Shown piece by piece: positions 37,724 to 45,980 of a DNA stretch of 64,000 nt (its first letter is position 1; every line of letters starts with the position of its first letter). Under the pieces are notes generated by a model. It did not search any database, was not told where the DNA came from, and was given only the letters and a program-made list of their open reading frames with translations. Both the position numbers and the translations under genes were made by a program. Source of the DNA: Candidatus Brocadiia bacterium (lineage in GTDB: Bacteria > Planctomycetota > Brocadiia > CAIUPP01); contig JBKQWE010000033.1 in NCBI GenBank assembly GCA_052139675.1, forward strand, positions 12,122 through 76,121, read 5' to 3'.

Positions 37724-37984
37724 TCAGTCGTGGTCGGGGCGGTCGTCGCCGAACTGTTCTCTCAGCCGCTCGAAGCGGCTGGCGTAGATCATCTCGAACA
37801 GTTCGTCGCGCCCGGGGAAAAGCTCCTCGCACAGCTCGCGCAGCTTTTCCACCTGGATCACAATATCAATTTGCGGCAGGTCTGTCGAGAGGATGAGCAC
37901 GGCGATCCGGTCCGCCTCGCGCTGGAGGAGCGTCATGTTCCGGCGCGCGCCATGAAGCAGCTCATTCGGCAATTCGTGCTTCAT
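37724..37984 (-). CDS. small hypothetical protein (86 aa) translationally coupled to the mazF-like gene
   Basis: Its ATG overlaps the mazF-like stop (ATGA at 37981-37984). Balanced composition. 22 bp upstream of the YhaM-like gene. Confidence 0.4.
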   Translation of the reverse strand: MKHELPNELLHGARRNMTLLQREADRIAVLILSTDLPQIDIVIQVEKLRELCEELFPGRDELFEMIYASRFERLREQFGDDRPDHD

Positions 37985-38310
37985 TCGGCAAACATCTCCG
38001 CCAGGACCGCCAGAACCAGCTTCTGCGTGGCGGCGCCCATTCGGCCCAAGTGCTTCACGAAGCGCACTTTATCAATGGTCCGAACCTGATCGAGAACGAT
38101 CTGGCCGTCCTTGCCAGCGAAACTGCACGCGACGCGAGTGGGGTACTCGCGTCCTCGGGTCGTCATGGGCGCCACGATGACCGTGGCGATGTGGCGGTTC
38201 ATCTCGTCGGGCGAGATCACCAGGCACGGACGGGTCTTCCTGACCTCGCTGCCGACGGTCGGGTCGAGGTTCACCAGGAAAACGTCAAACCGGCGGGCTA
38301 CCACTGCCAT
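37981..38310 (-). CDS. mazF: type II toxin, MazF/PemK family endoribonuclease
   Basis: FDVFLVNLDPTVGSEVRKTRPCLVISPDEMN is a canonical PemK/MazF N-terminal motif. Confidence 0.8.
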   Translation of the reverse strand: MAVVARRFDVFLVNLDPTVGSEVRKTRPCLVISPDEMNRHIATVIVAPMTTRGREYPTRVACSFAGKDGQIVLDQVRTIDKVRFVKHLGRMGAATQKLVLAVLAEMFAE

Positions 38311-38564
38311 TCGCTCTTATCCCACCGGCCGGGCACTTCCAGGACCAGGCGATCGTCCTGTTGGGCGGCCATCGCGGCAAAGCGCCTGGACCAGCCTTCC
38401 CGCGTGCGACGCGCCGCGCGGATGACCAGCCGGTCCGATTGAACGGCCATCTCGACTTCCGGCCCAATGTCCAACTGGTCCAGGACAACCTTGGGGATGC
38501 GAATTCCCCGCGAGTTTCCGACTCGGACTATGCGCGCTCTCAGCAGGGTAGCCATTGGCCTCAT
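38298..38564 (-). CDS. mazE: type II antitoxin, MazE / AbrB-SpoVT family
   Basis: IVRVGNSRGIRIPKVVLDQLDI swapped-hairpin AbrB/MazE motif. 13-nt overlap with the toxin gene. Confidence 0.7.
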   Translation of the reverse strand: MRPMATLLRARIVRVGNSRGIRIPKVVLDQLDIGPEVEMAVQSDRLVIRAARRTREGWSRRFAAMAAQQDDRLVLEVPGRWDKSEWQW

Positions 38565-38756
38565 CCTCGCCTGTAGGTAATTACATTGTATATACTCTCG
38601 GCCTTCCGGTCAAGCGACATGCGGCGATCCCGGAACCTGCATTCCGCCAAGGCGTGTGCCGGCGGAGTGTCATTCGTTCGCGGACGACACTCATTGTGGA
38701 TCTTGGTACATGGGGATCAATGAAAGAGTTGACAGAAAGCCAGCTCGTCCGGCGCG

Positions 38757-39137
38757 CTATTTCCGGGTACCGTCGCCGGCTTTGCCGGGGGTCTTTTTAA
38801 GATTGGCCACCAGATGCTTGCTGAGGTTCCTCAGCAGGCGTGCGCGGCGCTCGGCGGAGATCTGGCCGATCGAGCCCAAAATCCTCTGACGGGGCAGCAC
38901 AGCCAGGAATCCCAGACGGATCAGGGAATCTGCAACGAGACCTGATGCGGCAAAATCGGAATCCCGCTTGGAGATGACCTCGTCGAATTCGGGCACGGCC
39001 TGATGGAGTTGGGTGGTGATGCCACAGGCGAGGAAATCCCCATACGGCGGAAGTTCGCGAAGCAAAAGCGCCGGTCGGTTCTTCATCATCCCGTCAGCCT
39101 GCATCAGCGGCGTCAGGATGATGTCGCCTTCGTTCAT
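38757..39137 (-). CDS. second PemK/MazF-like toxin
   Basis: MNEGDIILTPLMQADGMMKNRPALLLRELP resembles the PemK-family N-terminus (GDIvl....g.e.k.RPalvl). Confidence 0.55.
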   Translation of the reverse strand: MNEGDIILTPLMQADGMMKNRPALLLRELPPYGDFLACGITTQLHQAVPEFDEVISKRDSDFAASGLVADSLIRLGFLAVLPRQRILGSIGQISAERRARLLRNLSKHLVANLKKTPGKAGDGTRK

Positions 39138-39370
39138 GTGCCGTAATCCGGATTACTCTCTCTGACCGCAGAGGCCGGATAATCCGGCTCCGACTCACCA
39201 TATGCCGCTTGCAGAGCCGCAGCGGAAGCGGCGAGCCACTGCTGTCGGTCGACGTCCTTTTCCCCTCGTTCGGCAACAGAGACCAGGACGGTCCTGCCTT
39301 GAGCCGCCGCGATGGGTTTTGAGAGTTCAAGATGCGTCGAGTCCAACACTTTTGCTTCAACCAGAACCAT
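39134..39370 (-). CDS. putative cognate antitoxin (78 aa)
   Basis: 4-nt overlap with the toxin gene. Small, N-terminal beta-strand-like MVLVEAKVLDSTHLELSKP. Confidence 0.4.
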   Translation of the reverse strand: MVLVEAKVLDSTHLELSKPIAAAQGRTVLVSVAERGEKDVDRQQWLAASAAALQAAYGESEPDYPASAVRESNPDYGT

Positions 39371-39462
39371 CGTGTTACCTCCACATGGCCGTTATCGAGA
39401 ATACCTCAACGCGGCGCCTTATTCAAGCAATCCCGCTTGCGGAGGAATCTTGCGCCGCGTGC

Positions 39463-40371
39463 TCAAAACAGCCGGGCGCTTCCTCCGGAGGACGCGGCGA
39501 TCTCCTTCAGCACCGGGTACTGCTCGGCCAGCAGTTCCGGGACGCGGACTTTTTCCCCGCTGAGGGCGGACTTCAACTGGAGCGCGTTCACCACCGCCTG
39601 GCCGCGATAATGGTTATTGTTCATCACGAAGAGCTTCTGCACCTCCCTGGCCATCGCGGCGATGTTCTCGGCCCAAGGCGCGAGCTCGTCGCCGGTGTAG
39701 AGATAATTGTAGCGCGCGTCGCGGCCGGCGTCGCGGGCGAACCACGCCTGCGCGTTGCGCCCGTGAAAGCGATAGTACGCAATCGGCCCGGTCGCGAAGC
39801 TGGTCGGCCCGATCGAACTGCGGGAAGGCGGCTGGTCAATGTTGCAGAAATTCAGGCCGGCGCGATGGAGGAACTCGCGGCTCTCCGGCGAATCCCACGA
39901 GGCGTGGCGCACCTCGAGCACGCAGGGGAATTCGCCGAACGCCTCCGACAGCCGGCTGAGCCGGTCGCGGCTCGGCTCGGTCGCGGTGAACGACCACGGG
40001 AACTGCATCAGCAGCGCGCCGAAGCGGTTCGCCTCGCGCAGCGGCCGGATGCCGCTCTTGAACTGCTCCACCTCCGGCGCCGTCCAGGGCCGTTCGCGCT
40101 CGTGAGTGAAGCGCTGCCAGAGCTTGGCCGTGAAAAGGAACCCCGGCTTGCCCGCGACCTGCTTGACCCATCGCTCCGCCATCGCCGCCGACGGAGGGCG
40201 ATAAAAACTCGTATTGATCTCGGCAGCATCGAGGTACTCGGCCAGGTACGCCAGCTCGGATTTCCCGCGCACCCGCTGCGAGGGATAAACGACGCCTTCC
40301 CAGTCCGGATAAGACCACCCGGCGGCGCCGATGTAGACGTTAGTCGGCATTTTTCGCGGCAATGTGGCCAT
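39463..40371 (-). CDS. DUF72 family protein (YecE-like)
   Basis: VYIGAAGWSYPDWEGVVYP...YLAEYLDAAEINTSFY matches the DUF72 N-terminal signature. Start could be the internal Met at 40350. Confidence 0.7.
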   Translation of the reverse strand: MATLPRKMPTNVYIGAAGWSYPDWEGVVYPSQRVRGKSELAYLAEYLDAAEINTSFYRPPSAAMAERWVKQVAGKPGFLFTAKLWQRFTHERERPWTAPEVEQFKSGIRPLREANRFGALLMQFPWSFTATEPSRDRLSRLSEAFGEFPCVLEVRHASWDSPESREFLHRAGLNFCNIDQPPSRSSIGPTSFATGPIAYYRFHGRNAQAWFARDAGRDARYNYLYTGDELAPWAENIAAMAREVQKLFVMNNNHYRGQAVVNALQLKSALSGEKVRVPELLAEQYPVLKEIAASSGGSARLF

Positions 40372-40519
40372 GCCGGGACATTACTGTTGTGCCGGCCCCG
40401 CGTCAAGCCGAATAATGGGTCGCTGTCGCCAAATCTTGCGCGGAGCGCCGGTGCCTGTTGCCTCTGTCAGATACCCTGGATATAATATGTTTGAAATGAA
40501 GTAGCCGCCCGGAGGAGCA

Positions 40520-41974
40520 ATGGAAGGCAGCAGTAGGAAGAAGCAAGGCGCATACTATACTCCGGACCACGTCGTCCAGTCACTTGTCCGATGGGTAGCG
40601 CGAAAGCAATCCGACCGCCTGCTGGACCCCGCATGCGGGGACGGGCGTTTTCTGAAACCGCATCCGAACAGTGTAGGTGTAGAACAGGATCCCGATGCAG
40701 CGCGACTCGTGCATCAGCGGGTTCCAGGTTCGCTGATGCATCAAGGGGATTTTTTCGCGTGGGCGGCTCAAACCCGGGAACGGTTTGAGTGCGCCGCCGG
40801 CAATCCACCGTTCATACGCTACCAAAGTTTTGCAGGTCCGGTCCGGCAGGAGGCGCTCTCCTTCTGCGCCAGCCATGGCGCACGCTTCTCTTCGCTGACT
40901 TCTTCGTGGGCGCCGTTCATAGTAGCTGCAGCAACGGTCCTCAAGCCAGGCGGAAGGATGGCATTTGTCGTTCCGGCCGAAATCGGCCACGCGCCCTATT
41001 CGCGCCCTTTGGTCGAATATCTAGCGGGGCATTTCAAACGCGTCCACGTGGTTGCGGTGCGGGAGAAATTGTTCCAAGAGCTCTCGGAAGACTGTTGGCT
41101 GCTTTCGGCGTCAGGATTTGGCGGCAGCACGGAGCAACTTCTGATTTCGTCCACAGGCCGTTTTGAATACGCGGCTGCGCCGCCCAAGGTCTCCCTCCGT
41201 GTAAGCATGAGTGAATGGCGCACGTGGAACTGCCGCTTGCGACCCTTCCTGTTGGCCGCAGACGTCCGCGAACTTTATCGCCAAGCCGCCAGTGACGTCG
41301 GCACGCAAAGACTGAAGGACCTTGCCCATGTCGGCATTGGGTATGTCACGGGAGACAATAAGTTTTTCCACATGAGTCCATCACACGCGAAAGGATGGCG
41401 AATTCCCGGAACCTTTCTTCAACCGACGATCAGGAACGGCCGCATGCTGGACAGGCCAGCCATCACGCCTGACCGGGTGGAGGTGTGGCGACGCCGGGAC
41501 GAGCAGAATTTCCTGTTGCGGATACGCAGGACTGATCAAGTTCCATCGCAGCTCCGTAATTACCTTGAATCCAATGCGGGCCGCAAGGCGCGGGCAACGT
41601 ACAAGTGCAGGCATCGAGAGCCCTGGTACGTAGTGCCGGACGTGACTATTCCCGACGGGTTTCTCTCTTACATGAGTGGGTCGAGGCCGGCTTTGATGGC
41701 AAATCAAGCCGGATGTGCGGGTACAAACTCTGTTCATATGATTACCCTTGCCCCCAATGTGCGAATGGCAGAACTTCAAAGCGCCTGGGATCGGCCTTTG
41801 ACCCGCCTCAGTTGTGAGGTCGAAGGCCATCCATTGGGCGGAGGAATGCTCAAACTTGAGCCACGTGAAGCCGGCCGTCTTGTGCTTTCACGAAAAAGAT
41901 TCGACTCGACGGAAGAGATGCGCTTGATTGAAGCTGGCATAAGCACCCTGCAACGATGGAGGCATTGTGGCTAA
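40520..41974 (+). CDS. N6-adenine DNA methyltransferase, gamma class (TaqI-like), with C-terminal target-recognition domain
   Basis: Motif X/I GAYYTPDHVV...LLDPACGDGRFL and motif IV GNPPF. ggagg RBS 5 nt upstream. Confidence 0.8.
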   Translation: MEGSSRKKQGAYYTPDHVVQSLVRWVARKQSDRLLDPACGDGRFLKPHPNSVGVEQDPDAARLVHQRVPGSLMHQGDFFAWAAQTRERFECAAGNPPFIRYQSFAGPVRQEALSFCASHGARFSSLTSSWAPFIVAAATVLKPGGRMAFVVPAEIGHAPYSRPLVEYLAGHFKRVHVVAVREKLFQELSEDCWLLSASGFGGSTEQLLISSTGRFEYAAAPPKVSLRVSMSEWRTWNCRLRPFLLAADVRELYRQAASDVGTQRLKDLAHVGIGYVTGDNKFFHMSPSHAKGWRIPGTFLQPTIRNGRMLDRPAITPDRVEVWRRRDEQNFLLRIRRTDQVPSQLRNYLESNAGRKARATYKCRHREPWYVVPDVTIPDGFLSYMSGSRPALMANQAGCAGTNSVHMITLAPNVRMAELQSAWDRPLTRLSCEVEGHPLGGGMLKLEPREAGRLVLSRKRFDSTEEMRLIEAGISTLQRWRHCG

Positions 41975-42815
41975 AGCGGCAACGAAATGCCAATGGCTCA
42001 GCCTTACCGATGCGTTACAAGCATTCGCTTTGTGCGTCGGCGGAACTCAGAGTGCGGCTCACATCCGCCCTCTCCATTGGTACGTTGGTTGCCGTCTGGT
42101 GATCGAAGGCGGGTTTCATCCTGACGAGATTACTCCTCGTCCGCCTCTGCTGGTAACTCCGCGGAGCGGCGGACGCTGCCTTGAATGGAATGCTTCCGCA
42201 GGCGGGACGGGCGAACGTACCATCCTCGGCGGCCTCAAGACTAAGGCCGTTGATGTGGTTGTAACCAAGGAGGGAATCGGCCCAGTGCTTGCAATTTCTA
42301 TGAAGGGCACTCTCAACGCATTTCGAAATCTGACCAATCGCATGGAAGAGGCCGTGGGAGATTGCACGAACCTTCACATCGCCTATCCTGCCTTGGTTTA
42401 CGGCTTCTTTCATGTCCTCAGAGCCAATCGCCAACAGCGAGGTACTCCGCCCAATGACGTAGCTATAAACGCCGACGGCAGCGTTACAGAGGCTATCAGC
42501 CGCTACCATGACGTGCTCGCCCGTCTGGCCGATCGGAAAGATGTGCGCGCGGACGCAACGAAGTATGAGGCGATTGCCTTGGCTTTGGTGAGTTCTGATA
42601 AAGCGGCAGCAGGCCAAGTCATGAAGGCATTCCCGAAGGCTGAGAGTCCTCTTCTCCTTCAGGATTTCTTCAGTAAGCTGTACCGCCAATATGACGAGCG
42701 CTTTGTCTACGCCGCGCCTGCGCTCGAATCGGTCACCCGCCGGCTCGAATGGCAACTTCACTCACCTGTTGCGGAAGACGTCCACCTCGCAGGCTATAAA
42801 GCGCGCTTGAGTTAA
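41967..42815 (+). CDS. candidate Type II restriction endonuclease partner of the upstream MTase
   Basis: 8-nt overlap with the MTase gene. No family recognised. GC lower than flanks. Position is the only evidence for the REase assignment. Confidence 0.45.
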   Translation: MAKAATKCQWLSLTDALQAFALCVGGTQSAAHIRPLHWYVGCRLVIEGGFHPDEITPRPPLLVTPRSGGRCLEWNASAGGTGERTILGGLKTKAVDVVVTKEGIGPVLAISMKGTLNAFRNLTNRMEEAVGDCTNLHIAYPALVYGFFHVLRANRQQRGTPPNDVAINADGSVTEAISRYHDVLARLADRKDVRADATKYEAIALALVSSDKAAAGQVMKAFPKAESPLLLQDFFSKLYRQYDERFVYAAPALESVTRRLEWQLHSPVAEDVHLAGYKARLS

Positions 42816-42849
42816 GCGGCGCAAATAAGTTCACGACAGCCGCGAACGG

Positions 42850-43731
42850 TCATTCGAAGAAGACGGACGGGAAGGAATCGCAGGCGGCGAGCATCTTGCG
42901 GGTGGCGCGGAGTTCCTCTTCGGTGATCGGGCCGAGTTTGGAGAGGCGCTCGATCTCCTCCGCGGTGCGCAGCGGCGGCGGTTGCGCTTTGAGGAGCCGC
43001 AGCTTCTCGCTCGACGGCTCGGAGAAATTGTCCGGATCGGTCTCCATTGCGCGTCGGAACGCGCCGCAGGCGGAGTGGCGCTCGCCGAGGATCTCCCAGA
43101 TCAGCCCCATCCACCAGTAAATCTGGCCGTCGTAATCGTCCTGCCCCAGGCCCTGCTCGAAGGCGTTGATCGCCTGGCGGCAGGCGCTCTGGAACGCCGC
43201 CGGGTTTTTTACGGCCACGGTCCCCTTGCGTTCGCCCGCGGCCGTGAATTTCTCCACCGCGCCGGTGTAGAGGTTGTATCCGAGCGCGAAATGGACCAGC
43301 GGATGGTCGCATCCCAGCCGCAGCGCGCGCCGGAGCTCATGCACGACCTCGGTCGTGTGTCCGAGGTGGTAGTCGCACTCGGCGAGCAGCAACTGGCGGA
43401 CCGTCTCCTGCTGCGGCGCGCCGCAGTTCATCTGGCGCAGCGAGCGGGTCAGCCACTCCAGCAGGTCGTGCGTCTGGCGGCCCGAGCGGATGATCTTCTC
43501 CAGGTCCAGATTGCCGGCCCTCACGATGCGGCAGACGGTCTGGTGCCGCCGACACTCGCAGCGAAGGAAGACGTGGAAGGCCTGCCGGAGCTTGGCGGAG
43601 TCCATCTCCGAGTCGCCGAGCAGTTCGTAAATGAGCCGGTAAAAGGCCCGGCAGAACGGCGGGAGCGTCGCGTACTGCTCCAGCCGCCTGAGCGTTGCGT
43701 TGATCGCGGCGTATCTGCCGGAATCTTCCAT
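42850..43731 (-). CDS. hypothetical helical-repeat protein (293 aa)
   Basis: Protein-like composition, Cys/His-rich N-terminal half, helical-repeat-like C-terminal half (GYNLYTGAVEKF..., QIYWWMGLIWEILGERHSACGAFRRAMETDPDN). Confidence 0.4.
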   Translation of the reverse strand: MEDSGRYAAINATLRRLEQYATLPPFCRAFYRLIYELLGDSEMDSAKLRQAFHVFLRCECRRHQTVCRIVRAGNLDLEKIIRSGRQTHDLLEWLTRSLRQMNCGAPQQETVRQLLLAECDYHLGHTTEVVHELRRALRLGCDHPLVHFALGYNLYTGAVEKFTAAGERKGTVAVKNPAAFQSACRQAINAFEQGLGQDDYDGQIYWWMGLIWEILGERHSACGAFRRAMETDPDNFSEPSSEKLRLLKAQPPPLRTAEEIERLSKLGPITEEELRATRKMLAACDSFPSVFFE

Positions 43732-43800
43732 GGCGCCCGTCGCCTTTCTACATTAATTATTGGTCCGTCCGGACCGCGTGTCAAGTCCGGTCCCGCCGCG

Positions 43801-43912
43801 ACGACACGAACGTTCACCACGACGAGCACTACGGGACTGTTATTACAAGAATCCGTTGTCTCCGATGATTGTTTTGCCGCGTTCGTCGTGCTCGTCGGGC
43901 CGTCGTGGTGAA
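43801..43912. repeat. CACGACG-type long imperfect inverted repeat, copy 2
   Basis: cgttcaccacgacgagcac ... cgttcgtcgtgctcgtcgggccgtcgtggtgaa. Arms and loop (ctgttattacaagaatccgttgtctccgatgattgttttgccgcg) homologous to 28371..28476. Confidence 0.55.
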
Positions 43913-44019
43913 AGCGGTCGTCCGTTATATCGCAGGTTTGACTTCGCGAATGGCGCGGCCTAAAATGGCCCGCAACGTCGTCTGCGGCAATCCGATGCGA
44001 CCACCGCGTCGTCTCGCGT

Positions 44020-45831
44020 GTGAGAAATCCATTGAGCAAGAAGCAGGCCGCAAAACCGCGCAGCCGGGCGATTCTTTGGCCCGAGGAGCTTGCCCGCCCT
44101 CCTTCTGGCGGGGTCGCCCGCGCTCAAAGCGGAGCGAGGGAAAAATTGCGCGCCGCCGCGAAACCCGGACCGAAGCGCAAGCCCGCGCCGCCGGGCCGCG
44201 CGAAACCGCCGGCAAAAGCGCCCGTTCCGCCGCCGGCTGCGCCTGCGAAGAAACCCGCTGAAGCGCCCGTCGCCCACCGCCGCACGGCCGAGCAGCTCGC
44301 CAAGCAGCAGCGCGAGATTTCGGTCAGCGAATTCTTCACGAAGAACCGCCACCTGCTCGGGTTCGACAACCCGCGCAAGGCGCTCCTGACGGCGGTGAAG
44401 GAGGCGGTGGACAACTCGCTCGACGCCTGCGAAGAGGCCGGCATTCTGCCCGAAGTGAGCATCGCCGTCGCCCAGGCCGACGGCGTCGAGGACCGGTTCC
44501 GCGTGACGATCGAGGACAACGGCCCGGGCATCATGCCTGCGCAGGTGCCGAGGATTTTCGCCAAGCTGCTCTACGGCTCGAAGTTCCACCGGATGCGCAT
44601 GGCGCGCGGGCAGCAGGGCATCGGCATCAGCGCGGCGGGGATGTACGGCCAGTTGACGACCGGGAAGCCGACGCGGATCATCTCGCGCGCGGCGTCGCGC
44701 CGCAAGGCGTACCGCTGCGAGCTGCTGCTCGATACGAAGAAGAACGAGCCGACCGTGGTGAAAGAGGAAGAGGTGGACTGGGACCGCCCGCACGGCACGC
44801 GCGTGGAGATTGAGCTGGAGGCGCGTTACACCCGCGGGCGCCAGTCGGTCGAGGAGTACCTGCAGCAGGTGGCCATCGCCAACCCGCACGCGACGATCGT
44901 GTTCGAGCCGCCGGAGGGCGAGCCGCTGCGCCTCGCGCGCTCCTCCAACGTGCTCCCGCCGGAACCGCGCGAGATCAAGCCGCACCCGTACGGCATCGAG
45001 CTGGGGATGCTGATCGGCATGCTCCAGTCCACACGCTCGCCGCGCGCATCATCGTTCCTCCACGCCGATTTCTCGCGCGTGAGCAGCCCGGTGGCGGCGG
45101 ACATCTGCCGGCGCGCGAACGTGAACCCGAACGCGCGGCCCGCGCGCGTCGGCCGCGACGAGGCCGAGCGGCTCTACACGGCGCTGCAGGCGACGAAGCT
45201 GATGAAGCCGCCGATGGACTGCGTGGTGCCGATCGGCGAGGAGCTGCTGCTCAAGGGCCTCAAGCGCGGCGTCGAGGCGGACTTCTATCACACCGTCACG
45301 CGGCCGCCGGCGGTCTATCGCGGCAACCCGTTCCAGGTCGAGGCCGGGCTGGCGTACGGCGGGCAGTTGCCGGCCGAGGAGCCGTGCCGGCTCATCCGGT
45401 TCGCCAACCGCGTGCCGCTGCTCTACCAGCAGTCCGCGTGCGCCGTCACCCGCGCCGCCGCGACCACCGCTTGGCGCAACTACGGCATCCAGCAATCGCA
45501 GGGGCAGCTTCCCGTCGGCCCGCTCGCCATCGTGGTCCACATCGCCAGCGTCTGGGTGCCGTTCACCTCCGAGAGCAAGGAAGCCGTCGCGCACTACCCG
45601 GAGATCCTCAAGGAGATCAAGCTGGCGCTGCAGGAATGCGGGCGGAAGCTCGGGCTGTTCGTGCGCCACCGCCGGCGCGAGGCCGACGCGGAACGCAAGC
45701 GCCAGTACATCACCAAGTACATCCCGCACATCGGCATCGCGCTGCAGGAGATTTTAGGGCTGACCGAGAAGGAAGAATCGCAGGTGGTGAGCAAGCTCGA
45801 GGACATGCTGGAGAAAAGCCGGAAACTGTAA
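44020..45831 (+). CDS. DNA topoisomerase VI subunit B homologue (Bergerat/GHKL ATPase plus transducer) with Lys/Pro/Ala-rich N-terminal tail
   Basis: GTG start. Collinear similarity to archaeal Top6B recalled from memory: ISVSEFFTKNRHLLGFDNPRKALLTAVKEAVDNSLDA (Bergerat N-box), DNGPGI (G1), KPHPYGI, GNPFQVEAGLAYGG (transducer), KYIPHIGIALQEI. First 90 aa are AKPPAKAPVPPPAAPAKKPAEAP H1-like repeats. Confidence 0.85.
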   Translation: MRNPLSKKQAAKPRSRAILWPEELARPPSGGVARAQSGAREKLRAAAKPGPKRKPAPPGRAKPPAKAPVPPPAAPAKKPAEAPVAHRRTAEQLAKQQREISVSEFFTKNRHLLGFDNPRKALLTAVKEAVDNSLDACEEAGILPEVSIAVAQADGVEDRFRVTIEDNGPGIMPAQVPRIFAKLLYGSKFHRMRMARGQQGIGISAAGMYGQLTTGKPTRIISRAASRRKAYRCELLLDTKKNEPTVVKEEEVDWDRPHGTRVEIELEARYTRGRQSVEEYLQQVAIANPHATIVFEPPEGEPLRLARSSNVLPPEPREIKPHPYGIELGMLIGMLQSTRSPRASSFLHADFSRVSSPVAADICRRANVNPNARPARVGRDEAERLYTALQATKLMKPPMDCVVPIGEELLLKGLKRGVEADFYHTVTRPPAVYRGNPFQVEAGLAYGGQLPAEEPCRLIRFANRVPLLYQQSACAVTRAAATTAWRNYGIQQSQGQLPVGPLAIVVHIASVWVPFTSESKEAVAHYPEILKEIKLALQECGRKLGLFVRHRRREADAERKRQYITKYIPHIGIALQEILGLTEKEESQVVSKLEDMLEKSRKL

Positions 45832-45840
45832 CGGAAAGTC

Positions 45841-45964
45841 CAAAGTGCAAACTGAAAAGTGCAAAATGGAAAATCATTGCGCGCGGCGGCGCTTTCGTAC
45901 GGGCGCAGCCCGATCCGTTCCACATTTTTCAGTTTGCACTTTGCACTTGGCACTTTGCATTTCC
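45841..45964. promoter_or_regulatory. operator-like repeat array upstream of the orphan MTase
   Basis: 18-bp inverted repeat caaagtgcaaactgaaaa (45841-45858) / ttttcagtttgcactttg (45926-45943) flanking a GC-rich mini-hairpin, plus three direct gcacttTG half-sites (gcactttgcacttggcactttgcat) ending 17 nt before the GTG start. Confidence 0.45.
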
Positions 45965-45980
45965 GCCAGCGAGATCGCGC

